This document shows positions 57,787-64,000 of a DNA stretch of 64,000 bases, in pieces. The notes beneath the pieces were generated by a model. It ran no database searches. It worked only from the letters and a program-made list of their open reading frames with translations, and was not told the DNA's origin. Each line of letters begins with the position of its first letter. Position 1 is the first letter of the stretch. A program made the translations under genes and the position numbers. The stretch spans positions 960,001-1,024,000 of the forward strand of contig OY970359.1 of the NCBI GenBank assembly GCA_963718665.1, read 5' to 3'. This DNA is from an uncultured Phycisphaerales bacterium. GTDB lineage: Bacteria; Planctomycetota; Phycisphaerae; Sedimentisphaerales; Anaerobacaceae.

Positions 57787-59277
57787 GTGCAAACTGGGAA
57801 TTTTTTGGGAATATATCTGGCCAAAGACCGCGCGACGGTTGTTTGTCTGGACGTGCAGGGCAGTGAGAGAAAGCTCGTGGGGTGTTTTAGTGTTTCGCCG
57901 GAACAGTCCGAACAGCCGACTTTCCAGGCGCTGGCCCAGCGCATCGCGGCCGTATGCGCCGAAAGGCAGATTAAATTTACTGAGGCGGCGGTTGCCCTGG
58001 ACTGCGCGATGTTTATGCAGCACAGTATCCACAGCGAATTCTCCGACGTCAGGAAAATCACGCAGACGGTTCACTTTGACACGGAAGAGGCCCTCGGCAC
58101 CGACGCGACGGACGTCGCAATCGCGTTCAAAATAAATTCGACCGACCAGACCGGCGCGGACATCAGCGCCTTCACGGCGCAAAAACAGATGCTGTCTGAT
58201 TTGCTCGGCGCGCTGCAAAGCAACAACATAGACCCGTTCAGCGTGGAACCGGACGTGAACTGCCTGGCAAGGTTTGTCTGCCAGAACGCGTCTTTGTCTC
58301 CCGACGTTCGCCCGTTGTTCGCATTTTTGTCCCGGAGAAACGGCTATTTTATCTCGCCAGTTTCTTCGCCCTGGCAGGGGATATCTCCGACGCCGGCAAC
58401 CTCGATGCGAACGTTCCTTCTGAGTCCCTCGCAAAACAGGAATGAGATGCTGACAAAGCAGTTTTCAATGACCACCGCGCTGCTGCAACCAGCCGGGACA
58501 GTGAATTGTCTCGAAATTTTTGATACCACAGATTCGGTGAGCTGCGACGACATCGCTAAAAAAATTACTGTTGAGACCAATCGTATTGACATAACAGGGT
58601 TGGCGAAATTATCTGCCGAGAACCTCGCGGACTGTCCCGATGCCGTCGAATTCGCAATCGCTTACGGTGCGGCGATTGCGCAGCTCGACGGGTCTCACGG
58701 CACCAATTTCCGCGGCGATTTTATGCCCTACCAGGGCAGGAAGATGCGTTTGCAGCAGACGCTTAAGTTTTTTGCGGTTGCGGCGGTCATTCTTATGTTC
58801 GCCGTCGGACTATACGGCCTGATGCAGGCCCTGCAGTTCAACAAATATAGCGCCCAATTGCGGGCGAAATTTGCGAAGGATTTTCCAGCGGTAATGTTCG
58901 GGGAGAAGATGCCTGGCAAAACAAAAGAGGCGACGAGAAAAATCTCCACGGCGCTACGGCGTATCAAGGAGGCGCAAAAGGGCTTTTCTCTTACCGGTGA
59001 AGAAGCCGTCGCGGCCAAACTTGTCCTTGTGCTTCAGGCGTTGAACAAGTGCGCCGCGACCACTGGCCTTAATATCGAGACCGTTTCCATAACCGACAAG
59101 ATGATTACAATCAACGGCGACACGTCCAGCCCGAACAATACCCTGAAGATGTTCGAGGCCCTCAAGCAGACCGGCTTGAACGTTCTCCAGCAGCGCATCA
59201 GCACCGACGGCGGCCGCAGCACCTTCGGCGTAACGGTTGAACCCACCCCAACAAAGCAAGGCGGAGGCAGCCAATGA
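57787..59277 (+). CDS. GspL/PilM-like protein
   Basis: Actin-like N-terminus (FLGIYL), AYGAA, single TM helix, position in the cluster. Confidence 0.7.
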   Translation: MQTGNFLGIYLAKDRATVVCLDVQGSERKLVGCFSVSPEQSEQPTFQALAQRIAAVCAERQIKFTEAAVALDCAMFMQHSIHSEFSDVRKITQTVHFDTEEALGTDATDVAIAFKINSTDQTGADISAFTAQKQMLSDLLGALQSNNIDPFSVEPDVNCLARFVCQNASLSPDVRPLFAFLSRRNGYFISPVSSPWQGISPTPATSMRTFLLSPSQNRNEMLTKQFSMTTALLQPAGTVNCLEIFDTTDSVSCDDIAKKITVETNRIDITGLAKLSAENLADCPDAVEFAIAYGAAIAQLDGSHGTNFRGDFMPYQGRKMRLQQTLKFFAVAAVILMFAVGLYGLMQALQFNKYSAQLRAKFAKDFPAVMFGEKMPGKTKEATRKISTALRRIKEAQKGFSLTGEEAVAAKLVLVLQALNKCAATTGLNIETVSITDKMITINGDTSSPNNTLKMFEALKQTGLNVLQQRISTDGGRSTFGVTVEPTPTKQGGGSQ

Positions 59278-59782
59278 AAGACATAAAAGAAATATATAAA
59301 AACCCGATGTTTTATTACATGCTCGTTCCTGCCCTGGCGGCGTTTTGGCCTGTGATTATATGGGGTGTTTACCTTCCCGGCGCCGCGCAAACTATAATAA
59401 CGACGCGGAGCAGTATCAGAAGTCGCAACCGCTGATGGAGGAGCTTATCGCAGCCGACCCGGAGCGTCTGAACGCAACCAAGGGGAAAGAGGCGTCAGCC
59501 GGATTCGACTACGCGACCGCCGTCCAGAAGGCCGCTGAATTCTGCTCAGTTTCCGCCAACAACTATAAACTGTCTTCAGGCGTGATTCTTAAATCCGAAG
59601 GGCAGAAAACCCAGTCCGCCAACGTTTCGCTGAAGGGCGTAGAAATAGCAAAGGCCGCCAGGTTTCTGTCCTCGATACAGCAACACTGGTCAGGCCTTCA
59701 ATGCACGAAGATAAACTTCAGAAAAAACAAGGGCCAGCCCGACGCATGGGACGTTGATTTGACGTTCAAGTATTATTATTGA
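59274..59782 (+). CDS. GspM-like protein, frameshifted at ~59385 (probable 1-bp deletion)
   Basis: ATGA overlap with gspL; N-terminal TM (MFYYMLVPALAAFWPVIIWGVYLP) continues in another frame as ANYNND...WDVDLTF. Confidence 0.65.
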
Positions 59783-59844
59783 TGGCGGGTTTAAAATCGG
59801 ATGTTGGGTGTTCGACGTTATAATTGATTGACATTATTTTTACA

Positions 59845-59886
59845 TAAAAAAAGCCGAGGCCTGCTTTTTCAAGCAGGCCCCGGTTT
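59845..59886. terminator. Terminator between convergent T2SS and PEP-CTERM genes
   Basis: A-run, then GGCCTGCTT-tttc-AAGCAGGCC stem. Confidence 0.7.
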
Positions 59887-59922
59887 AATACTACTTTGTA
59901 ACCTTTGCTTTGCCAGCAGAAA

Positions 59923-60573
59923 TTATTTCTTCCTGCGAATCAAAGCAAGACCACCGAGACCGAGCAGCGCCATTGTTGCCGGTTCGGGGGTGCACAATCT
60001 GAGGTTGTCAAAATAGAAAACAGCCGAACTTTGCTGGCCATCGTTCGAATAGACGTTCAGGATGGGGAATATTTGCAGCCAATTCGGAGCAACACCCCCC
60101 AGCGATGCAACAATACTGGCAATACTAACTTTCATGGTATCCATGTCATCTTGTCCAGACAAAGCGCTATACCAGCCGCCTGCCATAACATTGGATGTCT
60201 GCGTCCAGCTAATACCGCCGCCCTGGATGGCAAAGTCCATATTAAATCCAGCATCGCCCGTCCAATCTGCATTAAACGTTGTGACGTCCATCTCAATATA
60301 CGTGCTCTGCATGAAAGCATTCGCAAAGGACGGGATATCCATTTCGCCGACGAAACCCCAGCCAACGCCCGCAACGACGCCGAGGCTCAATAACCCATCT
60401 GAATTGCCAACGGTTTGACCGCCGACAAGCGTCGGACCCCAGCTATTCAAACCATCTATGCCACCGTCTTCCCAGCTTGTAATTTGCGCTACAACAGGAT
60501 CAGTAGAATAGGCAGCATAGGACGTCGAGGCAAGAGCTAACACTAAACAAACAGAAACTATCAATTTACTCAT
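59923..60573 (-). CDS. PEP-CTERM sorting domain protein
   Basis: Signal peptide; TPEPATMALLGLGGLALIRRKK. ATG at 60573 after GGAGGAG. Confidence 0.92.
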   Translation of the reverse strand: MSKLIVSVCLVLALASTSYAAYSTDPVVAQITSWEDGGIDGLNSWGPTLVGGQTVGNSDGLLSLGVVAGVGWGFVGEMDIPSFANAFMQSTYIEMDVTTFNADWTGDAGFNMDFAIQGGGISWTQTSNVMAGGWYSALSGQDDMDTMKVSIASIVASLGGVAPNWLQIFPILNVYSNDGQQSSAVFYFDNLRLCTPEPATMALLGLGGLALIRRKK

Positions 60574-60857
60574 ACTCGTACTCCTCCTTCTTCGATTGTT
60601 ATCACTTTCTTCGCTCGTTAATCCTGGCAACAAGCCAGAATTTCGTTGTTCTCGACAAACTCACTCTCTACTTTGCTTTTATCTCGAACAACAACAAGCA
60701 CTACAGTTTGACTTTCACCTTTTACAACCTTGTGCTTGCCTAACGTTAAATAAAGCGACAACTTCTTCACTTCATTTATTCACTTTTCAATTGGCTGCAC
60801 CCTCCTCTCACGAGGGAGCCATATCTACACACGTATGTGGTAACTCTTTACAATAGT

Positions 60858-60888
60858 GAGAATACCACATTTGCCGCCTATATGTCAA
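60858..60888 (-). promoter_or_regulatory. Sigma70-like promoter of PEP-CTERM gene 1
   Basis: TTGACA-N18-TATTCT with TG extension. Confidence 0.5.
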
Positions 60889-61052
60889 GAGAAATTATTA
60901 TAGGATGCAAAAAAAGTTATAGGTCTCGCTATGTTGCGTAACTACTGTATTATCAAGAAGTTATGCGACGCAGCATTGCTGTTAATTTGGGTAATTTTTA
61001 TTATTCCGTAAAATGTCAGTATCAATACTGAAACGCTATCTCTGTTTCCACA

Positions 61053-61090
61053 AAAAACAAGGGCCTGTCTCGTTTGTGGGACAGGCCCTA
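61053..61090 (-). terminator. Terminator of PEP-CTERM gene 2
   Basis: AGGGCCTGTC...GACAGGCCCT stem with a T-run on the - strand. Confidence 0.7.
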
Positions 61091-61115
61091 TCATTGCTTA
61101 TTGTCTCAGGCCCGA

Positions 61116-61643
61116 TTACTTTTTCCTGCGAATCAAGGCAAGACCGCCTAAACCAAGCAGAGCCATTGTCGCCGGCTCAGGAGTTAACTTCAGGTTGTCG
61201 AGGTACAAAACATACTGTGTATTCTGGCCATCGTTTGAATAACTGTTCTCGATAAGGAATATTTGAACCCAATTGCATGAAGAACCCGGCTTAAGCGCAC
61301 TGTAATCAAATGTGGCCGTAATCGTCCTGTCACCGTCGGCAGAGTTCCACCAGGGAAGAACATCATTATCCTGGGTCCAGGAAATACCATCACCCTGAAT
61401 GGCCCAGCCCATATTGAAGCCGGAATCGCCTGGCCAATCCGCCGTCAATGAGGTGACGTCAATACTTATTTTTGAGTTGGCCGCGAAATCGGCAGCACTG
61501 ATGTCTAGTGGGCCGATGAATCCCCAGCCGATTGGCCCCACAACTGGCCCGCCCGGGTAGGGTTCGGGAGGAATAATTATATTGCTGTAGCCGGTTGAGA
61601 CAAGGAACAATATCAAACAAACAGAAATGAATCCTCTACACAT
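61116..61643 (-). CDS. PEP-CTERM sorting domain protein (paralog)
   Basis: Same C-terminal tail as 59923-60573; shared WGF.G..DI, DVT...ADW.GD.GFNM, YSNDGQ. Confidence 0.92.
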   Translation of the reverse strand: MCRGFISVCLILFLVSTGYSNIIIPPEPYPGGPVVGPIGWGFIGPLDISAADFAANSKISIDVTSLTADWPGDSGFNMGWAIQGDGISWTQDNDVLPWWNSADGDRTITATFDYSALKPGSSCNWVQIFLIENSYSNDGQNTQYVLYLDNLKLTPEPATMALLGLGGLALIRRKK

Positions 61644-61745
61644 AATCTACTCCTCCTTCTTCATTAGGTACTCACCCTTTTCCTTATTTTACTGAGTTAC
61701 CCCTGCTCTCTATCAGGGATATATTAACTCATCATTACTCAATCA

Positions 61746-61775
61746 ATTTTAACCACCTTATTCGCTAAATGTCAA
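61746..61775 (-). promoter_or_regulatory. Sigma70-like promoter of PEP-CTERM gene 2
   Basis: TTGACA-N18-TAAAAT. Confidence 0.5.
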
Positions 61776-61938
61776 GAAAATTATAAGACGAAGCATTTTT
61801 TTTGGGGGGGGCAATGTTGCTATTGTATAACCGTAGTATTACCAATGGGTTATGCGTGATAAAGGCGCAAATAAAATTGTCTGTTTTGCCGGCTAACGGC
61901 ACCAAAATTATCTTGCTTTAAGGATTATTCTGCCCGGT

Positions 61939-64000
61939 TTAATCCTGAGGGTAAATAATAATCCTGTCGTGAATAATTGTTACCAGGTCGGCCTTGCCGT
62001 CGCCTGTAACATCGGCAACCTTCATTTGTCGCGGCTCGACGCCTGCCCCTTGTCTGCCTTCGCGGTAGGTCTTGTCTTCGAATGTTTTGAACCGCATCGC
62101 CGGGACGGGTTTGCCTGCCGAATCGAGAGTCAGTATTTCGATATGATTATGTTTGTATTCGACCATTATAATGTCGGTCCTTTTGTCGCCGTTGATATCG
62201 CCGGTGGTGAAATTGCCGTAGGCACCGTCCTTTATCTTTGTTTCATAGCTGAATTTCTGTTCGAGCCGATACCGATTTGTTTTGGCTCCGGGCGGGATAA
62301 CAAGCCCTAATTTTTCGCCGTCGAACAGCAGGATATCATCAGGCCCGCCGCCGGTGAGGGATGCGGTTAACATTTTGACGCCCGATGCCGGGTTCCAGGT
62401 TCCGACGTCCAGCTCTTTGTCGAAGCGGAATGTTTTATCTGTATCCTGGGTAAGAATCTGGAGCCGGCCTTTTTGACCATCCAATAATAATATCGCTTTG
62501 CTGTCTTTTGCGCCGTCAACTTTCATCTTTGCCTCGGCGACAGCCGAAATACGATTCTCTGCGCTCTTGGCGTTATACTGGTCAAGGACTGTCCACTCTC
62601 CGTTTGCGAATGTCATACTTCTGGCGAAATTGTTCTGAGCTACCAAAAGCTCATCACCCGGCTTGCCGTCAACGCCAGCCGAGTAAATCGAGCGAAGGGT
62701 CGCCTCTTTTATCAAGCTGGTCTGTGCCTTTGGGGAATCGACGACCTCGAATTTTCGTTTTTGGGTCTGGCGAACAAGGATGGGCAGCTCGTATTTGACA
62801 AATATAAGCACATCTTTTAAACCATCGTGGTCAACGTCGATGACCTTTATACCCTGCGGATTCGTGGCAAGCTGCGGAAGCTCGACGGCGAGGGTATCGT
62901 TGGCGTCGGCTTTTGCAACATTATAGATTATCCGAAGCGACCTTGTGTCGGACTGTGAGCGGGAGACATATACACAATCAACTGACTTGTCGCCGTCTAT
63001 ATCGCTTAATTCCATAGCAAGCGGCTCACCTGTCAAATCGACGGCCTTCGGGAAGGTCAATCGTCCCGACTCGAATTTACTTATGCCGATTGTTTTTTCC
63101 TTGATGCTCAACACGCCGAGTTCGCTCTTACCGTCGCCGTCAATGTCGGCAGCTGATAAAGCGTCGGTATCTGCCAGGCACGGGAATCTTGCCGGTTCCG
63201 CCAGTCCTACGCCTGGTATTTGCCTGTACAACACGAGTTCCGCCGCACCGGGGTCGCTGATTACGACGTCCGCGAGTTTGTCGCCGTCAAAATCGCCGAC
63301 TACGAGGTCTCGCTTTTCGCTGCCCTGCCCTGCGGCAAGAGGATAAAACAGCACGGGCCAGTCATCGCTCTGCGAGTTGTCCGCGACCAGTTTATAGCAC
63401 ACCAGTCGTCTGCTTATAGCGTCAATCGCAACTATATCCTTACCTTCTTTGCCGCCCATATCAGCAAGCTCCAGCACCAGAGGCATTTCAGATAACAGGC
63501 GCATTTCGGGTCCCAACTGGCCATTTTTCTGCCCGAGGCGGACGTGGATGGGTCTTTCGGCGTCGTCGGTAACAAGCAGCAGGTCGTTTATGCCGTTGCC
63601 GGTGAGGTCGCCGACCTCGGCACCGATGATTCGAGCCGTAGCCGGATACTTGACCGGCTCGCTGAGAGAGCCGTCTTTTTTCTGCAGCAAGACGTATATG
63701 GCGTCTCTGCCGACCACAATCAGGTCTTTTCTGCCGTCGTTGTCTATATCCGCACAGATAAGGGCATTCTCATTAGGTAAGGCATCGTCGATATTGATGC
63801 GTTTCACCGGCTGCCAGGTTAATGTTTTCGATTTGTGTTTTTCCTTTTGCGGTTTTTGTAACAATATATACAGGCCTCGCGGTTCGCCGTAGTATGCCAA
63901 ATCAATCAGCCCGTCGCCATTGAGGTCGCCGGAAACCATACTGTATATCCGCTGCGAGACAGGCACGGTTTGCCTGGCAAATCGGCTCGGACCTACCAGG
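61939..64000 (-). CDS. FG-GAP/VCBS repeat protein (5' end beyond window)
   Basis: Repeated GDLNGDGLID, DIDNDGRKD, GDFDGDKLAD, ADVTGDGKAD motifs. Confidence 0.9.
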   Translation of the reverse strand, partial: LVGPSRFARQTVPVSQRIYSMVSGDLNGDGLIDLAYYGEPRGLYILLQKPQKEKHKSKTLTWQPVKRINIDDALPNENALICADIDNDGRKDLIVVGRDAIYVLLQKKDGSLSEPVKYPATARIIGAEVGDLTGNGINDLLLVTDDAERPIHVRLGQKNGQLGPEMRLLSEMPLVLELADMGGKEGKDIVAIDAISRRLVCYKLVADNSQSDDWPVLFYPLAAGQGSEKRDLVVGDFDGDKLADVVISDPGAAELVLYRQIPGVGLAEPARFPCLADTDALSAADIDGDGKSELGVLSIKEKTIGISKFESGRLTFPKAVDLTGEPLAMELSDIDGDKSVDCVYVSRSQSDTRSLRIIYNVAKADANDTLAVELPQLATNPQGIKVIDVDHDGLKDVLIFVKYELPILVRQTQKRKFEVVDSPKAQTSLIKEATLRSIYSAGVDGKPGDELLVAQNNFARSMTFANGEWTVLDQYNAKSAENRISAVAEAKMKVDGAKDSKAILLLDGQKGRLQILTQDTDKTFRFDKELDVGTWNPASGVKMLTASLTGGGPDDILLFDGEKLGLVIPPGAKTNRYRLEQKFSYETKIKDGAYGNFTTGDINGDKRTDIIMVEYKHNHIEILTLDSAGKPVPAMRFKTFEDKTYREGRQGAGVEPRQMKVADVTGDGKADLVTIIHDRIIIYPQD

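Noticed and set aside
1..64000. tRNA or rRNA genes
   Set aside because: No cloverleaf or rRNA signature recognised by eye; tRNAscan-SE and barrnap would be needed to exclude them formally.

Overview
Bacterial chromosomal window, probably Planctomycetota (Phycisphaerae-like). This assignment is inferred from PEP-CTERM, DUF1570, DUF1573 and A|FTL-type pseudopilin genes. Housekeeping genes include a clpC/B 3' end, an rnhA-purN fusion, an M16 peptidase pair, argB-argD-argF, rdgB, rpiB, maf, dedA, dnaG-rpoD and a cold-shock gene. The right third holds a type II secretion cluster, two PEP-CTERM paralogs and an FG-GAP protein. Accessory content: (i) two type II-like restriction-modification pairs, one inside the arg operon; (ii) a minus-strand phage-like module with no structural genes in the window (HTH, ABC ATPase, GNAT, SplB-like radical SAM, atypical MTase, ParB, TerS-like, TerL), with three candidate plus-strand structured RNAs beside it; (iii) an AT-rich four-gene operon (DUF4338/DruA-like, kinase-P-loop ATPase fusion, CARF-like Rossmann protein, 2-TM protein), the best candidate for an undescribed defence system; (iv) a 133-bp inverted, almost entirely synonymous copy of rpoD region 2 directly behind rpoD; (v) many REP-like palindromes and 7- or 9-nt periodic repeats, some nested or inserted in frame in genes. 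Three frameshifts (dnaG, GNAT, gspM-like) all sit at GCGC tracts and may be sequencing errors. No rRNA, tRNA or CRISPR array was recognised. All family assignments come from motif recognition by eye, not from database searches.
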